Virus record (IMG/VR): IMGVR_UViG_3300045988_101483 | Strand: one strand, 5' to 3' | DNA: 41,242 bases | DNA from: a virus | Part shown: piece after piece, positions 6,595 to 15,692 of the stretch | Numbering within the stretch: position 1 is the stretch's first letter | Layout of the letters: the number at the start of each line of letters is the position of its first letter | Program-made: the position numbers and the translations under genes | The notes under the pieces: model-generated | What the model was told of the DNA's origin: nothing | The model's input: the letters and a program-made list of their open reading frames with translations, nothing else | Database searches by the model: none

Positions 6595-6626
6595 AGCACT
6601 TCACATTATGTGGGGTGCTATTTTTA
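6595..6626 (+). terminator. Rho-independent terminator.
   Basis: 10-bp stem AGCACTTCAC/GTGGGGTGCT (two G-U pairs), loop ATTAT, followed by ATTTTTA. Confidence 0.8.
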
Positions 6627-6649
6627 TGCATATTTCAGGAGGCGAGTAG

Positions 6650-7867
6650 ATGCAATGGACAGATGAACAAATCAGTGGCATTAGGAAGCTCGCCTCTGAA
6701 GGCTTTACCAGACGAGAAACGGCAGACAAGCTCGGGATTAGTTATGATGCGCTTCAGGGCAAAGCAAGACGGCTTAGCATCGAGTTCCAAAAGCCAGTCA
6801 AGAATGAATACGATTCAGCAAAAACAGATAGAAAGAGCCAACCAGCTGACAGAAAAGTGGCTCTTAATGCTGATGGTAGTCAAACAGTCACGGCCTTAAT
6901 GAGACTCAAGCATGAGCCAAATAAAGACCCACGAACTTTGATGGAGTTGTGTGGATACGATCCTGATAAGTTCGAGATGGTATTAGGCGACTACAAAGTG
7001 TATGAGCAGCATAGTACTGAAGACGGCACAGTTCCGCAGTACAGCATTCATATTCGCGTAAAGCCGAAACAAGGCTTATCGATAAGTGAAATGGCTGAAG
7101 CGTTCAACGACAAAATCATTCCGGTCAATTACGGCATGAAGAAATCGGGCGATCGCAACTTAGTCATCCCATTGCCTGACCTGCATTTTGGCTGGACAAC
7201 ATTCGCCGATCTAAAAGACATGGTGAGCCAACTTAGAGAGATCATCATGGACGGCTACAACGAGATTGTGATCGAGCAATTGGGAGATCTATTCCATAGT
7301 GACCAGATTCATGCAACACAAACGGTTAGAGGAACGCAACTAGATCACGCAAACATGCGTCAGGCATTCCATGATGCTGTGAAGTTGTTTGATCAGATTA
7401 TTCCGCTGGCAATTGAATATAGCAATCGCGTCTCAATCAAGAGCGTTTTTGGCAATCACAGTGGAGATCTCGAATACGCTTTTCTTTATGCGCTGATAGA
7501 TCGCTATCCACAAGTACACGTTGATCTCAATGACAGTAATCCGGCAACCGACTGGCGCTGTGCATACTTGCTAGGGCATGTTGGCATTATGCTCGCCCAC
7601 GGAGATGTAGCCAAGGACAAGCTGACAGGGCTTTTTCCATTTGAGTACAAAAAGATATTCAATATGGCAAAAACTTACGAACTTCACTCAGGCCACTATC
7701 ATAGCGAGCGGTTTAAAGATGATCGTGGCATTATGTGGCGCCAGCTTGGGACGGCAAAGCCAAATGATCCCTATGAGATTAAGAACGGCTTCACCACGGG
7801 AAAACATCTGCTGTATGCGTTCGTTTATGACGACACGCGATTGAGGTGTACTTATGAACTCAACTAA
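6650..7867 (+). CDS. Fusion of an N-terminal HTH domain and a calcineurin-like metallophosphoesterase domain.
   Basis: AGGAGG RBS. N-terminal GFTRRETADKLGISYDALQGKARRL. Metallophosphoesterase motif series PDLHFG, GDLFHSD, GNHSGD, AHGD, SGHYHSE. Confidence 0.7.
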   Translation: MQWTDEQISGIRKLASEGFTRRETADKLGISYDALQGKARRLSIEFQKPVKNEYDSAKTDRKSQPADRKVALNADGSQTVTALMRLKHEPNKDPRTLMELCGYDPDKFEMVLGDYKVYEQHSTEDGTVPQYSIHIRVKPKQGLSISEMAEAFNDKIIPVNYGMKKSGDRNLVIPLPDLHFGWTTFADLKDMVSQLREIIMDGYNEIVIEQLGDLFHSDQIHATQTVRGTQLDHANMRQAFHDAVKLFDQIIPLAIEYSNRVSIKSVFGNHSGDLEYAFLYALIDRYPQVHVDLNDSNPATDWRCAYLLGHVGIMLAHGDVAKDKLTGLFPFEYKKIFNMAKTYELHSGHYHSERFKDDRGIMWRQLGTAKPNDPYEIKNGFTTGKHLLYAFVYDDTRLRCTYELN

Positions 7868-8183
7868 TGCGATGAAGCGAGTCGAATACGGATATGTTAG
7901 CCACACAGAGCAAGTAATTATTGAAGAGCTAACAAGGGAAGAAAAAAGAATGCAAGCTGTGATTTATGTAAGACCAGGGTGCCAGAAATGTAGACATACA
8001 ATCTTAAAGCTAGAGCAGGTAATGCCGGTGCAAACCATCACAGCAGACGCGGACGACTACGAGCGGTTCCGCAAGCTAGGCTATCGTTCAATGCCAGTAG
8101 TAACAGTCTACAAAGCAGACGGCACACACGATGAATGGTGCGACTTGCGGGTTGACAAGATCAAACAATACACGGAGGGATAA
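7854..8183 (+). CDS. Glutaredoxin/NrdH-like small redoxin.
   Basis: CxxC motif in IYVRPGCQKCRHT and a C-terminal YRSMPVV pattern of the thioredoxin fold. GAGGTG RBS before 7854. Confidence 0.6.
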   Translation: MNSTNAMKRVEYGYVSHTEQVIIEELTREEKRMQAVIYVRPGCQKCRHTILKLEQVMPVQTITADADDYERFRKLGYRSMPVVTVYKADGTHDEWCDLRVDKIKQYTEG

Positions 8184-8185
8184 AC

Positions 8186-8503
8186 ATGCTATTCGATAAT
8201 GCTAAAGGCCAAAGTAGGCAATTGTCTCACCGTCAGTTGCCTCTACCAGCACCAGTGCTACCAAAAATGGAAGGATCACTGCCAACTCGTGCCAATGCAA
8301 CTAAGAAATACAAAGACAGTCTGATTGCCGAAGTTAACGAAGCCATTAATCAAGGAATTAATACTACATCCCCAATCTCAGTTGGCGTTTCCAAGTATAA
8401 TCCAGCAGTCGTTAATGAAGTAATCAGTTTGCTAACGAAATCAGGATGGGATGTTACTGGTATAAACATTAACGGTTCCTATTCGACAATCATATTATCT
8501 TAG
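8186..8503 (+). CDS. Hypothetical protein.
   Basis: GGAGGG RBS; 105-aa ORF. Confidence 0.6.
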   Translation: MLFDNAKGQSRQLSHRQLPLPAPVLPKMEGSLPTRANATKKYKDSLIAEVNEAINQGINTTSPISVGVSKYNPAVVNEVISLLTKSGWDVTGININGSYSTIILS

Positions 8504-8515
8504 GAGGAATTACGC

Positions 8516-9292
8516 ATGCTAAAAGTAGTGAAACGGCCAAAGGAATACATTGCAATCAAGGTACCGGAAGATTGCGAAGACGTAGGTAAGTTTGTCAGCA
8601 ACGAGTTTAAAGAGAATGGTATCCCAATTAGAGTTAACGTTCGCTATGACAACAATGTCGTTACTACGTTTGGAGAAGGAAATGATCAGCATTTTGTGAA
8701 ACAAGGCGATATGCTTGTAGCTGATTACAGTGAGCCGTTTGGATATGTGGTGCATGCAATGAGTCAGGAAGACTTCGACAAGAAATTCAAGCCGGTTGAT
8801 GATCCAGTCAAAGGTTTTAGCACTACGATTAACGTTGATACTAAGCCGGTCTTGGATAGACTTAAAGAGATCAAGGCTGAAATGTCTACCAAGATAGAAG
8901 GCGTTGAGCTGCCTGCTCGTCCTGGATTCAGTGAGCCATTCATGGCGTATTTAAGAGCACTGACTGACTATCAGCAAAAGCAGGAGCGGTCATCACGGAA
9001 CGCAAGCACTCCGCATGTTCGTATCGAATTCGATGACATTAATGATGTGCCACATGTTTGGATTGATGGCAAACGTCTTGGCGATGAATATCCGTTGAGA
9101 AGAATCAACCTCGAATGGAATACAAATGACGCCTATATCGAGCCTAAGCACTTTCTCATCGATTACTTCGATATGACCAAAGAAGCTGGAGCAGTTGCTG
9201 AACAGTATGGCCCTCAAACACAGCAGCGAGGGGTTGGCCAATCTAATGGAGTGGTACGACGCTCAAGCGCGCCAAGATCGGAGGAAGAGTAG
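8516..9292 (+). CDS. Hypothetical protein.
   Basis: AGGAGG RBS; 258-aa ORF with no motif I recognise. Confidence 0.65.
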   Translation: MLKVVKRPKEYIAIKVPEDCEDVGKFVSNEFKENGIPIRVNVRYDNNVVTTFGEGNDQHFVKQGDMLVADYSEPFGYVVHAMSQEDFDKKFKPVDDPVKGFSTTINVDTKPVLDRLKEIKAEMSTKIEGVELPARPGFSEPFMAYLRALTDYQQKQERSSRNASTPHVRIEFDDINDVPHVWIDGKRLGDEYPLRRINLEWNTNDAYIEPKHFLIDYFDMTKEAGAVAEQYGPQTQQRGVGQSNGVVRRSSAPRSEEE

Positions 9293-9293
9293 C

Positions 9294-9458
9294 ATGTGCA
9301 ATTTCCTATTAGTGTGGGCAGTAATATACGTGCTGGCCAAGCTATTTGGCTTGATCGCATGGAGTTGGCTGTTAGTATTCATGCCGCTGATTGCTTGGAT
9401 CATCTGGAACGTATTCCGGATCGGATTGGCAATCGTCATCGGATTGCATGAGGAATAG
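9294..9458 (+). CDS. Small two-TM membrane protein (54 aa).
   Basis: GGAGGAAG RBS before the ATG at 9294. MCNFLLVWAVIYVLAKLFGLIAWSWLLVFMPLIAWIIWNVF. The track start of 9195 overlaps the upstream gene and is unlikely. Confidence 0.6.
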   Translation: MCNFLLVWAVIYVLAKLFGLIAWSWLLVFMPLIAWIIWNVFRIGLAIVIGLHEE

Positions 9459-9461
9459 CAC

Positions 9462-9956
9462 ATGCGTGTGAAGGTATGCCGCAAGGCTGGATGCAACAAT
9501 GTAATCCCGTATGATCAAGCAAACCCATACTGCGCTAAACACGCATCCCTGTATAAGCCTAACCATGCTGATGCCGCAAAGCACGTTAACCGTGACACAT
9601 CATACTATGACAAGTACAAGCGCGACAAAGAGTCTGCTGCATTCTATAAGTCTAAGATATGGGAACACACCGCACGTGATGCTAAAGCTTATGCCTACTT
9701 CACTTGTGCATGTTGTGGCAAGACCTATGACAAGCCTGGCTATCTAGTCACTGATCACATCGTGCCTTTGAGAGTTGACAGAAGCAAGTGCTTAGACCAT
9801 GACAACCTGTGGGTGCTGTGCAAAGGCTGTCACTATTGGAAGACACAGCTTGAGGACAAGATATATAAATCGCAATCACGAGTAGAAAATCTTGACACTG
9901 CGACAAAATGGACACGAGAAAAAATATCAACATGGATTCTCGCTCACAAAAAATAA
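9462..9956 (+). CDS. HNH endonuclease (terminase-associated type).
   Basis: Cys-rich N-terminus and the HNH core DHIVPLRVDRSKCLDHDNLWVLCKGCHYWKT. Positioned immediately upstream of terS. Confidence 0.85.
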   Translation: MRVKVCRKAGCNNVIPYDQANPYCAKHASLYKPNHADAAKHVNRDTSYYDKYKRDKESAAFYKSKIWEHTARDAKAYAYFTCACCGKTYDKPGYLVTDHIVPLRVDRSKCLDHDNLWVLCKGCHYWKTQLEDKIYKSQSRVENLDTATKWTREKISTWILAHKK

Positions 9957-10096
9957 CGGGGGCCCCTATGTAGATCGCAGGGGACCTCACACACCAGTGT
10001 CCATTTGCCGCAAAACCAAATTTCAAAAAATTTCGGACTTTTTGAGCCTGAAATCCCGAAATATAGCCGTTTTAGTATAGAAAGGAGGCGTTTTTT
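9957..10096. other. Probable cos / terminase recognition region.
   Basis: Non-coding gap between HNH and terS. G/C blocks GGGGGCCCC (9958-9966) and GGGGACC. Direct AAATTTC repeats at 10018-10024 and 10028-10034. Inverted ATTTCGG (10030-10036) / CCGAAAT (10056-10062). Confidence 0.4.
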
Positions 10097-10564
10097 GTGC
10101 CCGAAAATCACCCAAAATTGTCAATTTTACCCGCAAATTCTGATAAAAGTTGCTCTGATTACAACGATGATATGAAGGACATTCAGATCACACCTCCAGC
10201 TCATCTTGATGATGAAGCATCTAAGCTATGGAAAAGTTTGATACCGGAAATTAGGAAATTAGGGTATTTAAAAAAAGTCGATCAACCAGAGCTTGAAATG
10301 TATTGCGTCTATTATTCTATGTTTTTGAAATCAGAGGATCTTGTTGCTAATGAGGGAATGTGGCTGCAAGATAAGCTTGGCCAGTCAGCGAAGCGCTCTC
10401 CGGGAGCTGTTCAAATGGACTCTTGTGTGAAGAACATGAAGTCGTTAGGACATGATTTAGGTCTTACGTTTGATTCTGGACTACGCCAGATCACTGTTGA
10501 AGAGCCAGAAAAGCCTAAGCAAAATAGTCCATTGAAGGAGGTTGGGTTTGGTGCGGACGTTTGA
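10097..10564 (+). CDS. terS: Terminase small subunit (P27-like family).
   Basis: AAAGGAGG RBS 8 nt before the GTG. Size, position and the pattern PAHLDDEASKLWKSLIPEIRKLGYLKKVDQPELEMYCVYY. Confidence 0.8.
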   Translation: MPENHPKLSILPANSDKSCSDYNDDMKDIQITPPAHLDDEASKLWKSLIPEIRKLGYLKKVDQPELEMYCVYYSMFLKSEDLVANEGMWLQDKLGQSAKRSPGAVQMDSCVKNMKSLGHDLGLTFDSGLRQITVEEPEKPKQNSPLKEVGFGADV

Positions 10565-12440
10565 TTTTACCGGTGTGCAAGATATTCGCGGCTACGTAAA
10601 GCCGTACCAATCAGATTACCAAGGACTGTTTGATAAGTACCATGATCCAGGAACAAAATACGCTTATGACGTGATGTTTACGGATAAGTACATGACTGGT
10701 AGAGACGTTCAGCTGGCATGTATTCGGCACTTAAACGATTTGCTTAGAATTGGCAATGATGATTTCCCCTACCAATACAGCTCAGACATGGTCAATGCAA
10801 TTGAATACTTTTCACGACTGCTGCCCAATCCAGACGATACCTCAAAGAAAATTCAGCCATTCAAATGGCAATCGTTTATCCTTGATAGCTTGATTGGCTG
10901 GCGAACCCTGGACAATGGCACCAGATTCACAACTTCCAATATATCTATTGCTCGGCAGCAAGGCAAGACTTGGCTTGCTTCTATCCTGATCAACTTTTAT
11001 TACTTTGTAGTCTGCTGGAATGCGACATCACAGGACTTGCTAGTGGCCAGCTACGATAGTGAACATGCAACCAAGCTGTTCAATGACGTGTCTTTGCAGG
11101 CGAAGACAATTTTATCCCTGCCGGACTTTGCAGATGATGCTAGAGAGCGAGGCGTGGAAGCTCAAACCACGCAAGTTATTGCAAAAAACACTAAGAACAC
11201 GATCCGAAAAGGTACCTCACAGGGCGGTGGCTTTGATAGTTTCCATAATGCAATCGCTGTTTATGATGAAATTGGTAACTTGAGGCCAGCACTGAATGAA
11301 ACCTTAAAACAGATTACATCCGGTCAAAATGGCATCAAGAACCGAATGTTTGTCAAGATTTCAACAGCTTATCCTGACATCAAGGTTAAATTTAAGAATG
11401 ATGAAGACGTAACTAGGGCTGCCATTGAGCATGACGCCGTTCGAGACGCTGACAACGTATTCCAAGTAATTTATTCTCAGGACTCGGAGGATGAGGTATT
11501 TGAATCCGAAACATGGGCAAAATCTAATCCTAATTTGATTGAGCTGCCTAAAAGCAAACGCGATAACCTTCAAAATGCCCTTAATCAAGATCGCAACGAT
11601 AACGAACGTGAGGGAACACTTGAAACCTTCGTAAATAAGTCACTAAATCTGTGGAGCCGTCGCTTCCAGAACAGCTATCTGTCCCTGGACAACATTCAGC
11701 GCAGTATTATCGACCATTTTGATGTGAATGGACGTGATGTGTTCATCGGATTTGACGGATCGCAGACAAATGATAATACATCTTTTGGCTTCATTTATCC
11801 TTATACCGATCATGACAAACGCATGTTTCATGTTCAGCAGCACAGCTTTATTCCCTTCGCACAGGCAAAAACCATTGAAGCCAAATCGAAACAGGACGGA
11901 TTAGATTACCTTAAATTGCAAGATGAAGGCTTTGTGGATATTACCAATCTTGCATCAGGCGTAATCAACACCGATCAGGTTTACCAGTGGTTAGTTGATT
12001 ATGTTAATCAACATAAGCTCAAAGTAAAATTCATCATTGCTGATCCAAACCACGGTGAATGGCTCGAAAAGAAACTGGAGAATTATCAACCGCAGTGGCA
12101 ATGGTTTCCTTTGCCTCCTACCTCGTTCAAGCTGAATGAGCCTACTAAGGACTTTCAGAATCTGTTTATTAATGGCAACATTTCGATGTTGAACGATCCG
12201 CTACTGATTGATGGGCTGAACAACGCTGTGTTGGTAGAAGATCGCGGCGGTTCGGTCAAGATTGACCGTCAAAATCGCACGAGTGATCATATTGATACGA
12301 CTGATGCGCTTATTAATGCTCATGCGCAGGCAAAATTCTACTTCGAAAACTATCATGATGAGGGATATAACCCGTTGAATGATTTGGACACGCAGGGGAA
12401 ACGTGACTTTTTCAAGGCAATGTTTGGAGGTGGTAAATAA
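10551..12440 (+). CDS. terL: Terminase large subunit.
   Basis: About 630-aa ORF downstream of terS with ATPase and nuclease-type regions. GAAGGAGG ends at 10541, favouring a start at 10548 or 10551 over 10542. Confidence 0.85.
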   Translation: MRTFDFTGVQDIRGYVKPYQSDYQGLFDKYHDPGTKYAYDVMFTDKYMTGRDVQLACIRHLNDLLRIGNDDFPYQYSSDMVNAIEYFSRLLPNPDDTSKKIQPFKWQSFILDSLIGWRTLDNGTRFTTSNISIARQQGKTWLASILINFYYFVVCWNATSQDLLVASYDSEHATKLFNDVSLQAKTILSLPDFADDARERGVEAQTTQVIAKNTKNTIRKGTSQGGGFDSFHNAIAVYDEIGNLRPALNETLKQITSGQNGIKNRMFVKISTAYPDIKVKFKNDEDVTRAAIEHDAVRDADNVFQVIYSQDSEDEVFESETWAKSNPNLIELPKSKRDNLQNALNQDRNDNEREGTLETFVNKSLNLWSRRFQNSYLSLDNIQRSIIDHFDVNGRDVFIGFDGSQTNDNTSFGFIYPYTDHDKRMFHVQQHSFIPFAQAKTIEAKSKQDGLDYLKLQDEGFVDITNLASGVINTDQVYQWLVDYVNQHKLKVKFIIADPNHGEWLEKKLENYQPQWQWFPLPPTSFKLNEPTKDFQNLFINGNISMLNDPLLIDGLNNAVLVEDRGGSVKIDRQNRTSDHIDTTDALINAHAQAKFYFENYHDEGYNPLNDLDTQGKRDFFKAMFGGGK

Positions 12441-12613
12441 TGGCAAAGATTATTAGCAATTTATTTAGCAATTGGGGCACAGTGATGCTGTTCGTCATTG
12501 GCTTAGCACTGATTGCAGTGGCGGCATTCACCTTTAATGTTGTTATTGGTTATCTAGTTGCAGGCTTTGAGCTGTGTTTAGTTGCTTACATTCTAGACAA
12601 AGAAAGGGGGTGA
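12440..12613 (+). CDS. Small membrane protein (57 aa) between terL and the portal gene.
   Basis: The ATG overlaps the terL stop (TAATG). Two hydrophobic segments. Below the ORF-track cutoff. Confidence 0.55.
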   Translation: MAKIISNLFSNWGTVMLFVIGLALIAVAAFTFNVVIGYLVAGFELCLVAYILDKERG

Positions 12614-12619
12614 AGTTAA

Positions 12620-13771
12620 ATGGGACTTCTAACCCCTAGAAATTTCAACAAACGTAATGCCAAAAATATGGTTTATCCAAGTAATCCTGCGTTTTTCACG
12701 ACCACGGTTGGCGGCATGCAGCTGTCTTATGTTTCAGCGCTATCTGCTCTGCAGAACACCAATGTCTATAGCGTGATCAATCGTATTGCGAGCGATGTTG
12801 CCTCGGCACACTTTAAAACTGAAAATACTGCAACACTGAACCGACTTGAAAGCCCTAGCAGCTTGATAGGCCGGTTTTCTTTTTGGCAAGGTGCGTTGAT
12901 GCAACTTTGTTTGTCAGGCAACGACTATATCCCGTTAGTTGGGCAGAATCTGGAGCATATTCCTAACTCTGACGTCCAAATTAACTATTTACCAGGCAAT
13001 ATGGGCATTGTTTATACGGTTTTAGAGAGCAATGATCGTCCTCAAATGGTGCTTAGGCAAGACCAAATGCTGCATTTTAGGCTCATGCCTGACCCGCAAT
13101 ATCGATATTTGATTGGTCGATCGCCTTTAGAAAGCTTACAAAACGCCCTTAATTTGGACGATAAAGCCTCGAAAAGTAACATGAGCGCTATGGAAAACCA
13201 GATTAATCCTGCCGGAAAGCTTACAATCAGCAACTATTTAAGCGATGGTAAAGACTTAGAATCGGCTCGTGAAGAGTTTGAGAAGGCAAATACCGGTGAT
13301 AACTCCGGCCGCTTGATGGTTTTACCAGATGGGTTTGATTACACCCAGCTTGAAATGAAGACGGATGTATTTAAGGCCTTGGCTGACAATTCAGCATACT
13401 CTGCTGACCAAATCTCCAAGGCCTTTGGTGTACCCAGCGACATTTTGGGTGGTGGCACTTCAACTGAAAGCCAACATTCAAACATTGACCAGATCAAGGC
13501 AACATATCTGGCGAACTTAAACTCATATGTAAATCCAATCGTGGATGAGTTGCGTTTGAAGATGAATGCACCTGACCTTGAGCTAGATATTAAAGACATG
13601 TTGGATGTTGACGACTCAACACTTATCAATCAGGTATCAAATCTTGCTAAGTCTGGGGTGCTAGGTGCAGAACAAGCACAATTCATACTCACCCGGTCTG
13701 GTTTTTTGCCAGATAACTTGCCTGGGTTCGAGCCACTTACTACACAAGTGAAGGGAGGTGATGACAAGTGA
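12620..13771 (+). CDS. Portal protein (HK97 family).
   Basis: 383 aa, positioned after terL and before the protease. Portal-like sequence pattern. Confidence 0.85.
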   Translation: MGLLTPRNFNKRNAKNMVYPSNPAFFTTTVGGMQLSYVSALSALQNTNVYSVINRIASDVASAHFKTENTATLNRLESPSSLIGRFSFWQGALMQLCLSGNDYIPLVGQNLEHIPNSDVQINYLPGNMGIVYTVLESNDRPQMVLRQDQMLHFRLMPDPQYRYLIGRSPLESLQNALNLDDKASKSNMSAMENQINPAGKLTISNYLSDGKDLESAREEFEKANTGDNSGRLMVLPDGFDYTQLEMKTDVFKALADNSAYSADQISKAFGVPSDILGGGTSTESQHSNIDQIKATYLANLNSYVNPIVDELRLKMNAPDLELDIKDMLDVDDSTLINQVSNLAKSGVLGAEQAQFILTRSGFLPDNLPGFEPLTTQVKGGDDK

Positions 13772-14454
13772 TTATTCCTGTTAAGGGCTACATTACAAGC
13801 GATGATTATGCCCCTATTTATCGTGATTGGTTAGGAATGACTGTAACATCTCCATCCGATATTGTTCAATCACTTCCAAATGACGGGTCTGATGTTGTAT
13901 TAGAAATCGCGTCAGATGGCGGGGAAGTTGACCCAGCTACAGAAGTATGCAACGCACTGCGTGATTATAAGGGCAATGTAACGGCAAAGATCGTATCAAA
14001 CGCATACTCTGCTGCAACAATTGTTGCTATGGGGGCCAATAAGGTTCAGATGGCGCCAGGTGCCAAGATGATGATTCATCGAGCATCAAGTGATGCTAGT
14101 GGAAACTCTCATGAGATGGATGCTGCTTCTGGCATGCTGCAAACTACCGATAGCGCAATTGCAAGCCTGTACTCTGCAAAGACTGGGAAACCTGCCAATG
14201 ACTTTTTGGCATTGATGGACAAAGAAACTTGGCTAGACGCTGATCAAGCTGTCGAATTAGGATTGGCAGATGAAAAGCTAGATTTCGATACGCCAATTGT
14301 AAATGCGGTGGGCCCAATTATTCCACATCAAGCAGTTCAACGAATTAAGAATCTGAAAGATGAAAATGAAAAGCTACGTAGTCAACTTCCAAAGCAGAAC
14401 GATCTGCTAAACAAGAAGCTGGCTATTTTTTATGAAAAAAAGGAGGTCCAATAA
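13768..14454 (+). CDS. Prohead (head maturation) protease, ClpP-related.
   Basis: ClpP-like core SDGGEVDPATEVCNALRDYKGNVTAKIVSNAYSAATIVAMGANKVQMAPGAKMMIHRAS. Confidence 0.85.
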   Translation: MIIPVKGYITSDDYAPIYRDWLGMTVTSPSDIVQSLPNDGSDVVLEIASDGGEVDPATEVCNALRDYKGNVTAKIVSNAYSAATIVAMGANKVQMAPGAKMMIHRASSDASGNSHEMDAASGMLQTTDSAIASLYSAKTGKPANDFLALMDKETWLDADQAVELGLADEKLDFDTPIVNAVGPIIPHQAVQRIKNLKDENEKLRSQLPKQNDLLNKKLAIFYEKKEVQ

Positions 14455-15620
14455 TGGACAAATTACAAACGCTTTTTAATGAAGTTAGTGCCAAGTGTGC
14501 CGACCTCAATGCTCAGCTCAACGCCAAGTTGCAAGATGAAAATGCATCTGTGGATGATTTTCAAAAGATCAAGGATGACTTGACCGCTGCCAAGGCACGT
14601 CGGGACGCTATTAACGATCAGATTAAGGCACTGGAGGCCGAAAAGCCGGCAGAACCAAAGACTGAGCCCAAAGATGACGGCAGCAAGAAAGGCACTGACC
14701 TGTCCAAAAAGCCAATTGACGCCAAGAAGAAAGCTATCAACGACTTCATCCATAGCCATGGCAAGGTGATTGATGCAACCAGTCAAGTTACTTCGACCGA
14801 AGCAGGTGTGCTGATTCCGGAAGAAATTATTTATGACCCTACCGCAGAAGTAAATTCGGTTGTGGATCTGTCTACCTTGGTTACCAAGACCCCAGTTACC
14901 ACTCCCAAGGGCACGTACCCTATTTTGAAACGGGCAACTGATCGTTTTTCAAGCGTGGCAGAATTGGCCGAAAATCCCAAACTTGCTGAGCCTGAGTTCA
15001 ATAAAGTTGATTGGTCTGTAGGAACATACCGTGGCGCAATCCCTCTGTCTGAGGAAGCTATTGCTGATTCAGCAGTGGACTTGACCGCACTTGTTGGCCA
15101 GTCCATTAACGAGAAGTCTGTCAATACTTACAACGCGATGATTGCGCCTGTATTGCAGTCATTCACGGCCAAGAAAACAACCACTGATACTCTGGTAGAT
15201 AGCCTTAAGCACATCCTTAACGTTGATCTTGATCCAGCATATAGCCGTGCGCTTGTGGTTACTCAGTCTTTGTTCAACACGCTTGACACTTTAAAGGATA
15301 AGAACGGCCGCTACTTGCTTCATGACGCCTCCGATTCTATTACTGACGGAACTGCAAAGGGCACAATCCTTGGTGTTCCCGTATATGTTGTTGGTGATAC
15401 TCTTCTCGGCTCTCTTGCAGGTGATCAAAAAGCATTCGTTGGTGATCTGAAGCGTGGTGTCCTGTTTGCAGACCGCCAGCAAGTCACTCTGGCATGGGAG
15501 GACAGCAAGATTTATGGGCGTTATCTTGGTGCCGCATTCCGATTTGGCGTCCAAAAAGCTGATGCCAATGCCGGCTATTTTGTAACCAACACAGATGCTG
15601 CATCTGGTCTTGGTAAGTAA
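14454..15620 (+). CDS. Major capsid protein (HK97 fold) with an N-terminal coiled-coil delta/scaffold-like domain.
   Basis: Position after the protease. Charged coiled-coil N-terminus, then capsid-like sequence. Confidence 0.85.
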   Translation: MDKLQTLFNEVSAKCADLNAQLNAKLQDENASVDDFQKIKDDLTAAKARRDAINDQIKALEAEKPAEPKTEPKDDGSKKGTDLSKKPIDAKKKAINDFIHSHGKVIDATSQVTSTEAGVLIPEEIIYDPTAEVNSVVDLSTLVTKTPVTTPKGTYPILKRATDRFSSVAELAENPKLAEPEFNKVDWSVGTYRGAIPLSEEAIADSAVDLTALVGQSINEKSVNTYNAMIAPVLQSFTAKKTTTDTLVDSLKHILNVDLDPAYSRALVVTQSLFNTLDTLKDKNGRYLLHDASDSITDGTAKGTILGVPVYVVGDTLLGSLAGDQKAFVGDLKRGVLFADRQQVTLAWEDSKIYGRYLGAAFRFGVQKADANAGYFVTNTDAASGLGK

Positions 15621-15692
15621 TACGATTATTGGTCGCCTAAGAAATAAACAATTCGCCGATAATGACGGGCGGCTATTAAGGGAGGGCTGAAT

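Larger units (their letters stand above)
6055..6626 (+). ncRNA. Candidate large structured non-coding RNA (possibly the ROOL/GOLLD class of ornate RNAs). The 5' boundary is uncertain.
   Basis: No credible plus-strand ORF. Three tRNA-like acceptor/T-arm modules, many perfect hairpins, and a strong intrinsic terminator at the 3' end. Confidence 0.5.
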
